Positions 52,246 to 64,000 of a stretch of DNA of 64,000 nt are shown piece after piece. This DNA comes from an uncultured Acidobacteriota bacterium. GTDB lineage: Bacteria > Acidobacteriota > Thermoanaerobaculia > UBA5066 > Gp7-AA6. Every line of letters begins with the position of its first letter. The first letter of the stretch is position 1. Both the position numbers and the translations under genes were made by a program. The notes under the pieces are model-generated. The model worked only from the letters and a program-made list of their open reading frames with translations. It was not told the DNA's origin and ran no database searches. Location of the stretch: assembly GCA_963739435.1 (NCBI GenBank), contig CAVUAN010000007.1:25371-89370 (forward strand). Direction: 5' to 3'.

Positions 52246-53455
52246 GTGGAGGGCCGTTTCGACCTCGCGATCGTCGGGCGGCGGGATTGTGGGCCTTGCG
52301 ACGGCCCGCCATCTTCTTCGCGCCAAGCCCGGCCTGAAGCTCGTCCTCATCGAGAAGGAGGCGGGCCTTGCAGCCCACCAGACGAGCCACAACAGCGGCG
52401 TGCTCCACGCCGGCCTCTACTACGCGCCGGGCTCGAAGAAGGCCCTGCTCTGCCGGGAAGGCAGGGCGGCTCTCGAGACGTTTGCCGCCGAGCGCGGTAT
52501 TCCGTTCGAGCGCTGCGGCAAGCTCGTCGTCGCTTTGGACTCGAGCGAGCTGCCCCGGCTCACGGCGATCAAGGATCGAGCGATTGCCAACGGCGTCGGA
52601 GGCATTGAAGAGGTCGGACCGGAGCGGATGCGGGAGCTCGAGCCGCACGCCGCCGGCGTCCGAGGCCTCTGGTCGCCCGAGACCGGCATCATCGACTTTG
52701 GCCGGGTCGCGCAGGCCTTCGCAGACGACGTGCGGGCAGCCGGAGGGACGATCCTGACGGGCCGGCGGGTCGCCGGCATCGAGGAGCGGGGAGTCGAGAG
52801 GATTCTGAGAACGAGCCAGGGCGACGTCGCCTGCCGGGATCTCGTCTCCTGCGGCGGCCTTCACGCCGACCGCCTGGCCAACATGACCGGCCACGCGGGC
52901 GGCGAGCGAATCGTCCCGTTCCGCGGCGACTACTACACGCTCCGGCCCGGGGCCCGGCGCCTCGTCCGCAACCTGATTTACCCGGTGCCCGATCCGCGCT
53001 TCCCGTTTCTCGGCATCCACTTCACCCGGACGATCCACGGCGAGGTGCTGGCCGGCCCCAATGCCGTGCTCGCGTTTGCCCGCGAGGGATACCGCCGGAC
53101 GGACTTCTCGCCCTCGGATCTCTTCGAGTCGCTTGCGTATCCCGGCTTCCGCAAGCTCGCCCGCAAGTTCTGGAGAACGGGACTCGCTGAGACCTGGCGC
53201 GACTGGTCGAAGAGCGCCTTCACGGCCGGCCTCGCCCGCTACGTGCCCGAGATCCGCGCGAGCGATCTCGTCTTCGGCCCCTCGGGGGTACGCGCCCAGT
53301 CGATCACGGCCGACGGGACGCTCGTCGACGACTTCTCGATCGGGGAAGGGCCGCACGTCCTCCACGTCCGCAACGCCCCATCGCCTGCCGCCACCGCCTC
53401 TCTCGCTATCGGCCGCGAGCTCTGCGAGCTGGCCGTCAATCGGTTCGGGCTGTAA
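52246..53455 (+). CDS. lhgO: L-2-hydroxyglutarate oxidase (FAD-dependent), 1 frameshift as assembled
   Basis: The FAD fingerprint FDLAIVG(G)GIVGLATA is broken by one extra G near 52275. It is followed by HQTSHNSGVLHAGLYY, as in LhgO. Confidence 0.8.
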
Positions 53456-53479
53456 GAGGCGAAGGTCGACGTCGACGGG

Positions 53480-57292
<3,813 letters not shown>

Positions 57293-57299
57293 GGCGTGA

Positions 57300-58007
57300 T
57301 CAGGGCCGGCGCTCCCGGCTCTGGCCTCCAGAGCGCTGCCGCCGGGCCTGCCGCAGCGGCTCCAACCTGGCCGACTCGGTCGATTCCTCCGGGGAATGGG
57401 CTCTGAAGGTCATGAGCACGGAGCCGAACTTGATGGTGCTGCCGCTCTTGAGCTTGCGGACTCCGCGCAGACGCTTGCCGTCGAGGAAGGAGCCGTTCTT
57501 GCTCTGGAGGTCCTCGACCGTTGCCGCGGACCCCGAGACGCGGATGCGTGCGTGATGGCGCGAGACCGTCGGATCGTCGATCCGGACGGCAGCATCGAGA
57601 TCCCGGCCGACGATGTTCTCTCCTTCAACGAGAAGAACCTCGCGGCTGTCGTCCCGCAGATAGTGCCGGCGCGATGGCAAAGCCGGGTCAGGGGGCTCGT
57701 CGGCAGCAGCGTCGCCCGAAAAGGCGTAACCAAAACCGTAGACGGTCCGGAGGAAACCGGCTGAGCGGCCGTGTTCGCCGATGGCCGCGCGGATCTCGGC
57801 CGCGAGGCTGGCGAGGTTGGCCTCGGAGACGAACGTGGCGGGCCAGATCTGCTCCTGAAGCTCCGCCTTCGAAAGCGCTCGTGGCCGATGCTCGATCAAA
57901 AGCTCGAGGAGCCGAAAAGCCTTGGGGGAGACGTGGACAGCCTTTCCTCCCCGGAGGAGCTCACGCGTCTCCGAGTCGAATGTCGAGTCGCCAAAGTCAA
58001 CGCGCAT
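57300..58007 (-). CDS. OmpR/PhoB-type winged-helix + FHA-domain regulator (compact EmbR-like)
   Basis: The N-terminal LSKAELQEQIWP...LRTVYGFGYAF is a trans_reg_C domain. The C-terminal NIVGRD...VSRHHARI...DLQSKNGSFLDG is an FHA domain. It lies immediately upstream of the kinase gene. Confidence 0.75.
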   Translation of the reverse strand: MRVDFGDSTFDSETRELLRGGKAVHVSPKAFRLLELLIEHRPRALSKAELQEQIWPATFVSEANLASLAAEIRAAIGEHGRSAGFLRTVYGFGYAFSGDAAADEPPDPALPSRRHYLRDDSREVLLVEGENIVGRDLDAAVRIDDPTVSRHHARIRVSGSAATVEDLQSKNGSFLDGKRLRGVRKLKSGSTIKFGSVLMTFRAHSPEESTESARLEPLRQARRQRSGGQSRERRP

Positions 58008-58090
58008 CAGACGAGCCCGAAAGAAACCGGTGGTGAGGACTTCCGCTGATTATCTCCCAGGTCGCGGTGGCTGCGCCGCGATTGAGAGAT

Positions 58091-58166
58091 TGGAGCCGAC
58101 GACCGGACTTGAACCGGTGACCTGCGGTTTACGAAACCGCTGCTCTACCGACTGAGCTACGTCGGC
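58091..58166 (-). tRNA. tRNA-Thr (anticodon CGU), CCA encoded
   Basis: GCCGACG-TA-GCTC..GAGC-A-GCGGT-TTCGTAA-ACCGC-AGGTC-ACCGG-TTCAAGT-CCGGT-CGTCGGC-T-CCA. All four stems pair perfectly. Confidence 0.9.
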
Positions 58167-58209
58167 TTGGGACGCAAGCGGCGCATCTTACGGAAAGCGG
58201 GCGCGCAGG

Positions 58210-59649
58210 TCAACGAGCAGTAGGGCGCGGGTGGGGACGCACGACGGGAGCTCTTGGAGCGCTGGCAGCGCCGGCGCTCTCGCGCAGCACGAAGAGGCCG
58301 CCCGCGCCGTCGATGTTCGAGAGCAGGATCGTTCCGCTCGGCAGGTATGGGTAGACGCCCCAGGCGCCGTGGTAGTTGGCGCTGTCGCTCGCGGGATATG
58401 TGTCGAAAAAGGCCCGCTCGACAGGCGCGCGGGGATCCGACACGTCCAGGATCGTCAGGCCCCTCTCGTAGTGGGAGATCACGTACTCGTCGCCCTTCGT
58501 GTAGCCGTTGTGGGGGATCGCGAAGTTGTCCCCCACCCACTCTCCAGCGGGCACCAGGTTCTTCCAATCGGAGGCGTCGAAGACGCGCACACGGCTGTGT
58601 CCACCGGGAACGCGGGCTTCAGTCTCATCCATGCTGAAGAGGTAGCGCCCATCGCGCGCGAGCCAGCCCGAGTGGGCGTAGCCGAGGAAAGGGTAGGCGA
58701 GGCTCTGGATGACGGCCGGGTTCGCCTTGTCCGTCCAGTCGATGACGTTGATGGCGGCTCCGGCCCAGTCGACGACGATGTCGCACGGGTCGTGCCCCTC
58801 GCCACAGGCCGCCGCGCGCGCCCCCGAGATCCTCCCTGCCCAGATGTCGTGGCCGTAAGAGAAGGTGTAGCGGCCGAGGACGGCGGGCGCCATGGGATTG
58901 GAGATGTCCAGAGCGTGGATGCCGACGGTCGGATTGCGCGCGCCCTGGACGTAGAGCACCGGCGCGGGCCCGCCGGGCAGCCGGGCTCCGGTCGACGGGT
59001 CGACGTTGGCGACCGTGACCGTGTGCGCCGTGTCGAACTCTCGGTACGTGGCCGCCAGCGACACGGACCAGGGGAGGTTCGAGAGATCCAGGATCTGGAG
59101 GCCCGCCGTCGGCGCCTCCGAGACGACATAGGCGACAGCGTGATAACGCCGCTCGGCCGCGCTCCAGAACTGATAGACCTTGACCTCGCGCCAGACGGAA
59201 GTGGGGCCGGGGACGAGACCGACGACGGAAGGATGCGCGGGGTCGGTCACCTCGATGACGGCCGTGCCGCTCGACGCGCCGAAGACCGCGTACTCGCGCC
59301 CGTCCGCAAGGCTCGCGAAGCCCCAGAGGCTGCTGCCCGACCCTGTTCCCGGGGTCATCGCTTCGAGCGAAACGTAGGAGGCCAGATCGACGCCGTGGCA
59401 GGGGAAGGTCCCGGCGGCCAGGCCGTCGACACATGGGGCCGGACTGGTCAACGCCTGGAGCGCCCGGGACGACTCGGGATCGGTCTTCAGCTCGGCGAGC
59501 TTGCTACCGCCGGGGAAGCACGAGATCGAGCCGCAGCCGCAGCCCTGGTAGGTCGTCGGCTCGCACGTGTGTCCGCAGCAGCCGGGTTCGGGAGTATCGC
59601 CGGAGCCGGCGGTCAGAGCGAGGAGAGCGACCAGGGCGAGGCGCCGCAT
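58210..59649 (-). CDS. Secreted beta-propeller protein (choice-of-anchor B / LVIVD-repeat-like) with Cys-rich N-terminus
   Basis: Signal peptide MRRLALVALLALTAG and a Cys cluster CCGHTCEPTTYQGCGCGSISC. Repeated ...V.D.S.P..P... blades (IEVTDPAHP, LDISNPMAP, LDVSDPRAP). Confidence 0.6.
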   Translation of the reverse strand: MRRLALVALLALTAGSGDTPEPGCCGHTCEPTTYQGCGCGSISCFPGGSKLAELKTDPESSRALQALTSPAPCVDGLAAGTFPCHGVDLASYVSLEAMTPGTGSGSSLWGFASLADGREYAVFGASSGTAVIEVTDPAHPSVVGLVPGPTSVWREVKVYQFWSAAERRYHAVAYVVSEAPTAGLQILDLSNLPWSVSLAATYREFDTAHTVTVANVDPSTGARLPGGPAPVLYVQGARNPTVGIHALDISNPMAPAVLGRYTFSYGHDIWAGRISGARAAACGEGHDPCDIVVDWAGAAINVIDWTDKANPAVIQSLAYPFLGYAHSGWLARDGRYLFSMDETEARVPGGHSRVRVFDASDWKNLVPAGEWVGDNFAIPHNGYTKGDEYVISHYERGLTILDVSDPRAPVERAFFDTYPASDSANYHGAWGVYPYLPSGTILLSNIDGAGGLFVLRESAGAASAPRAPVVRPHPRPTAR

Positions 59650-59676
59650 CCCCGAAGTCTAGCGCCTGGCGGCAAG

Positions 59677-62600
59677 CTAATCGAACCGAACCGAGACGAT
59701 CTTGGAGCAGCCGGGCTCTTCCATGGTCACGCCGTACATCACGTCGGCTGTCTCCATCGTGCGCTTGTTGTGCGTGATGGCGATGAACTGGGTCTCGTCG
59801 GTCATCTCGCGCAGCAGGCGCGTGAATCGGTCGATGTTGGCTTCATCCAGGGGCGCGTCCACCTCGTCCAGGATGCAGAAGGGCGAGGGCTTGAATCGGA
59901 AGATCGCCATCAGGAGGGCGATCGCCGTCAGCGCCTTCTCGCCGCCCGAGAGGAGCAGGATCGACTGGTTTCGCTTGCCGGGCGGGTGGGCGATGATCTC
60001 GACACCCGATTCGAGGAGGTCGTTCTCGTCCAGGAGGCGCATCTCGGCCGAGCCGCCCCGGAAGAGCCGCGTGAACATCTCCGAGAAGTTCGCGTTGATC
60101 GCCGTGAAGGCGAGCTGGAAGCGCTCCGAAGACGTCGCGTTGATCTTGCGGATGGACTCCTGCAGCTCGGCGATCGACTTGAGCAGGTCGTCGCGCTGGG
60201 TCGTCAGGAAGACGAGCCGCTCCGAGCTCTCCTTGTGCTCCTCGTAAGCGAGGACGTTGACCGGGCCCATGCGTTCGATCGAGGCTGCGCAGCTCCGCCG
60301 CTTCGGCCTCGAGCGCGGCGAGGGCCTCTTCGGAAGTGTCCTCGGGCAGCGCGAGCTCGTCGGGTGGAACGCCGAACTCCTCCGTGGCGGAAGCGACGGC
60401 ATGCTCGAGATCGGAAGCCACGCGAGTGCACGACACCTCCGCCTCGAAGCGGGTCTCCCGTGCAGCGTCCAGAACGGCGCGGCCGGCCTTCGTGGTTTCC
60501 TCGGCCCTCTCGACGCGGGCATGGCCCTCGAGGGCCGCCGCCGACGCTCCGTCGAGGCGCACGGCCTGCTCGCCGCGGGAGGTGAGATTGGCCGACTGCC
60601 TCGCGCGGGCTTCCCGCTCCTCGTTGGCCAGCTCCTCGGCTCGCGCCGAAAGGCGCCGGCCTTCCTCGAGCGCATCCCCGACGCGCCGGTCGAGGGCCGA
60701 CCGCGCCTCGGCCAGCTTCTCGCGCGCGGCCTCGGTCGAGCGGCGCCGTTCGGCCGCGACCTCGGCCTCGGTGCGCCGGTGGGAGAGATCCTCGGCGGCC
60801 GCCATGGCGAGGGAGCGGGCCTCGGGAAGCTGCGAGGCCAGGGCGTCCGTGCGCTCGCGCGCGGCGGTTTCGCGCCCGGCGTGGCGCTTCTCTTCGTCTT
60901 CGAGCTCCCGGCGCTGCGCCGCAGAGCGCGTTGGCCTCGGCCTGGAGCGTCGCCGCCTCGGCCGCCGACGTCTCGGCTTCCTTGCGGAGGCGGTCCCGCT
61001 CGGCCCGCCGCTCCTCGAGGCGCCCGTCGAAGGCGGAGAGCAGCGAGGCCGCCTGGCGCTCGCGCTCGCGCCGCGCCGGCAGGTCCGCCTCCCTGGCCCG
61101 CCGCGCGCTCCGGTGCTCTTCGACCGACCGCTCGACGGCGGCAAGGCTCTCGCGGGCGCCCGCGGTCCGCGACGCGAGGCCGGCGATCTCCTTGCGCAGC
61201 GGAGTAGAGCCCGGCGGCCTCGGGCGGCGTGGCCACGACGCGCGCGAGCGAGCCCCGCACGAGCTCGCGGCGGCGCGTGACGAAGGTCGTCGAGGGATGC
61301 TTGTCCGCCAGGCGCAGAGCGTCGGCGAGGGTCTCGACGAAGGTTACCGGGGGCAGGGCGGCTCGTTCGGCCGGCGTCAGGCTGGCGAAGTTTTCGAGCC
61401 CGATCTCCCAGCCGCCGAGTGCTCCCGCGACAGCGGCATGGTCCGTCTCGCGCGACCAGTCCGCGCGCACGAGACCTGCGGAGGGCAGGGCGCCGGCCGA
61501 AGCGAGGGCGCGGGCCGCGTCGCCGGATGCGAGCAGCGCGTCGAGCTCGCCGGCGAGCAAAAGGTCCACGGTCTCTTCCCAGCCGTGGGCGGGCCGCAGC
61601 CGGTCGGAGAGAACTCCCTGCACGCGCAATCCCGCGGCGTCGAACGCGCCGCGCGTCTCCGCGGCGTCGCCTTCGCGGCTCTTCGCGATCTTCGTCGAGG
61701 GCCGAGAGCCGGTGCAGGAGAGCGCCGAGGGCCTCGCGGGCGGCGTCGCGCTCGGTCTCGGCCTCCGAGAGAGCCGCCGCGATGCGCGCCATCTCGGCCT
61801 TCCGAGTCGGCGACCTCGCCCGCGCGTCCTCGCGGCGTCTTGCCGAGAGAAGCCGGCGTTCCGTTTCCGCCGCCGCGACCTCGGCCTCGCGCGCGGAAAG
61901 CTCCGTGGCCAGCCGGGTCGCGCTCTGCGACAGGCGGGAGAGCATGGCCGCGAGGCGCTCGGCGGCGAGGTCGGCTTCGTGGCGGGCGTTGCGGGCGGCC
62001 ACGCGGTCGCCGGCCGCGGCGAGCGCGTCGGCGCGGGCGGCTTCGAGGTCGCGCTCGAGCGCCGAAAGGGCTGCGCCCGCGGCTGTCGCGCGGTGGTCCG
62101 CCTCCTCGCGGGCCTGGGAGCGGACGCGCGATTCGTTGACGGCGCGCTCGAGCCGTTCGTCGGTCTCGGCGAGCTCGCGGGCGGCGCGCGCCTGCTCGGC
62201 CGACACGTCCCGCCCCTCCCGCTCGAGAGCCTCGCGGCGCACGGCGATGTCGGCGGCCGCGCGCCGGTTGCCGTCGAGCAACGTGTCGTCGCGCTGGATC
62301 GACGCCTCGAGCGTCGCGACGGCGTCGCGCAGCTGGTCGCGCAGGGCGTCGGCCTCGGCAGCCAGGAGGCGCGCCTGCGCGAGCTCCGACTCGGCGCGCC
62401 CGAGCGCGGCGGCCGCCTCCGCCTCGCGGTCGCGCCGCTCGTCCCGAAGGCGCTCGGCCTCGGCGGCTGACGTCGACGAGGCGGTCGTGCCGGACGCGCG
62501 CGAGCGAGGCGCGGCGCGCCCGGAGCGCCTCGGACTGCTCCTTGTAGCGCGCGGCCTTCGATGCCTGGCGCCTCAGCGACGCGACGTTCTTCTCGATCTC

Positions 62601-63257
62601 CGCGATGATGTCGGAGAGCCGGAGCAGGTTGCCCTTCGTCTCTTCGAGCTTCATCTCGGCCAGGCGCTTCTTCAGCTTGTACTTGGTGATGCCGGCCGCC
62701 TCTTCGATCAGGCGCCGTCGGTCCTGCGGCTTGGTCGAGAGAACCTGGTCGATGCGCCCCTGCTCGATGACCGAGTACGCGCGCACGCCGAGGCCCGTGC
62801 CCGAGAGCTCGTCCTGGATGTCCTTCAGCCGGACCTGCTTGTCGTTCAGGAAGTACTCGCCGTGGCCCTCGCGATAGACGCGGCGGCCGATGCGGATGCG
62901 GTCTGGCTCGTGCGAGGCCCCGGCTCCGTTGCCGTTGCCGTCTGCCGTCGCCATTGCCGTTGCCGTTGCCGTTGCCATCGCCGTGCGCCGTTGCGCCGCG
63001 CGAGCGTGACGATGACCTCGGCCATGCCGACGGGCCGCCGTTTGGCCGACCCGTTGAAGATCACGTCGTCCATCCGCTCGCCGCGCAGCGACTTGGCGCT
63101 CTGCTCGCCCAAAGCCCAGGAGACCGCGTCGCAGATGTTCGACTTGCCGCAGCCGTTGGGGCCGACGACCGCGGTCACCGAGCCCGGGAAAGGCGAGGTC
63201 GACCTTCTCGTAGAAGGACTTGAACCCGGAAATCTCGACCCGCTCGAGCCTGAACAT
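59677..63257 (-). pseudogene. smc: Chromosome partition protein SMC, 8 frame changes as assembled (probably assembly indels)
   Basis: N-terminal head [15 protein letters not shown]...[11 protein letters not shown]. Hinge region RVQGVLSDRLRPAHGWEETVD. C-terminal head LLSGGEKALTAIALLMAIF...ILDEVDAPLD. Shifts are near 63185, 62986, 62943, 62466, 61690, 61195, 60930 and 60285. Confidence 0.85.
62931..62992. repeat. Hexanucleotide (GCCGTT/GCCGTC/GCCATT)n array inside smc, encoding (Asn/Asp-Gly)n
   Basis: About 10 units read directly. Two units are 7 nt long (extra bases near 62943 and 62986), which is exactly where the smc frame changes. Confidence 0.85.
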
Positions 63258-63500
63258 CCCTGTTCAGGAATGTAGCAAAAGGGAGGCCGACCTTCCACAA
63301 GTAATTGGGGGTTCAGCTGTTATGGCCCCCTAGGTATCGATGGGCGCGCGAGCGGTGGGACGAAGCCGGCTGACGGCTGGACAGTCGCGGAACGGGAATC
63401 GCGGCCGCATTGTCGGGAGTTTGCGCAGGATGCAACTTCTCGTGCGCCGCACCTGGCAAGAGATGTAGATTACGAACCCAAGCGAGCCAAAGACAAGCAA

Positions 63501-64000
63501 ATGATGCATCTGGAAGTCCGTAAAAGGACGGGTGGGGCAGAAGTCCTGCGCGTGGGCGGAGGCGCGGTCACCATCGGCGCTTCTTCGGGCAACGAGGTTG
63601 TCGTGCGCGCCCGAGGCGTCGCCGGGCGCCATCTGCGCATCCTCGAGCGCGACGGCGGCTACTTCGTGGACCTCTTCAAGGGAGTCGATCCCATCCAGGT
63701 CAACGGCCGCGCGTTTCACGGGGGCGTCGTCGGCGTGGGCGACCGCATCGCCGTCGGAGAAGCCACGATCACGCTCGTTTCGGCGCGGCCCATGATGCGT
63801 TCGACGCCGGTGGGCGAGATGCCCGTGGGCGACGTGGCGCTGCCTCCCGTCGGTTACGCCGTGCCGGGCACCGAGATCGAGTACAGGGCCATGCGTCTGG
63901 AGGCCCTGCGGATCTGCCGGAGCTTCCATTCGCCCGAAGAGATCGCGACCGAGCTCGCCGAACTGCTGGATCGCGAGCTTCCGCCGACAGAATGGGCGGT
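63501..64000 (+). CDS. FHA-domain protein, 5' part (runs off the window end)
   Basis: Open frame from ATG 63501 to the end of the window, absent from the track because it has no stop. VTIGASSGNEVVVRARGVAGRHLRILERDGGYFVDLFKGVDPIQVNG shows the FHA pattern. Confidence 0.6.
   Translation, partial: MMHLEVRKRTGGAEVLRVGGGAVTIGASSGNEVVVRARGVAGRHLRILERDGGYFVDLFKGVDPIQVNGRAFHGGVVGVGDRIAVGEATITLVSARPMMRSTPVGEMPVGDVALPPVGYAVPGTEIEYRAMRLEALRICRSFHSPEEIATELAELLDRELPPTEWA

Noticed and set aside
58008-58210. tRNA-Thr as a possible integration site for a genomic island
   Set aside because: There is no integrase, I noticed no direct repeat of the tRNA 3' end, and the flanking genes have host-like composition.
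62931-62992. Short tandem repeat considered as a possible CRISPR or minisatellite locus
   Set aside because: The units are 6 nt with no spacers, and the array lies inside the smc coding frame. It is a coding microsatellite, not a CRISPR array.
63330-63929. 199-aa minus-strand ORF at the right end of the window
   Set aside because: It lies antisense to the open-ended FHA-domain frame that starts at 63501, and it has no motifs.

Overview
This is a high-GC chromosomal segment, about two thirds G+C by eye (not computed). It comes from a bacterium with a Gram-negative-type envelope, shown by an outer-membrane porin, Tat/Sec signals and HlyD-type adaptors. I saw no rRNA, transposase, integrase or CRISPR array.

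Gene content from left to right:
- HpcH aldolase, preceded by an odd AT-rich leader with 8-bp-period repeats, and an AAA+ ATPase.
- A selenocysteine formate dehydrogenase operon (fdhD, fdnGHI, fdhE) followed by hemerythrin-like and thioredoxin-like genes.
- A heavily disrupted acyl-CoA synthetase paralog, a porin, a sugar-type ABC transporter, an MHS-type MFS transporter and acs.
- An EAL protein, an Hsp15-like S4 protein, a LOG-like protein and two secreted unknowns.
- A SnoaL-like gene, htpX-lemA, and an orphan DGQHR (DndB-like) gene.
- A histidine kinase and sigma54 activator with a textbook enhancer, sigma54 promoter, small ORF and terminator. This unit faces an operon encoding STAS, 3xGAF-HlyD and PqqD/RRE-M50-HlyD proteins.
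- zwf.
- A bufferin-type RiPP cluster: a 12-Cys precursor, a DUF692/MNIO enzyme and a DUF2063 partner. It is followed by a REP element, a RelE/RHH toxin-antitoxin pair, and a 1.2-kb tandem partial duplication of the cluster.
- A lower-GC TPR island, a glycogen debranching enzyme, a GH63 enzyme, DoxX and LhgO.
- A Ser/Thr kinase-AAA-TPR giant with an FHA-wHTH regulator, tRNA-Thr(CGU), a choice-of-anchor-B protein, smc, and a partial FHA gene.

Major caveat: manual frame tracing finds roughly 50 reading-frame disruptions. They cluster in a few genes (the acyl-CoA synthetase paralog, the ABC transporter, the GAF-HlyD and M50-HlyD genes, and smc), while other multi-kb genes are intact. Because smc is among the broken genes, local assembly indels are the likelier cause, but real decay cannot be excluded from sequence alone.

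All family calls rest on motif recognition by eye. No searches were run.
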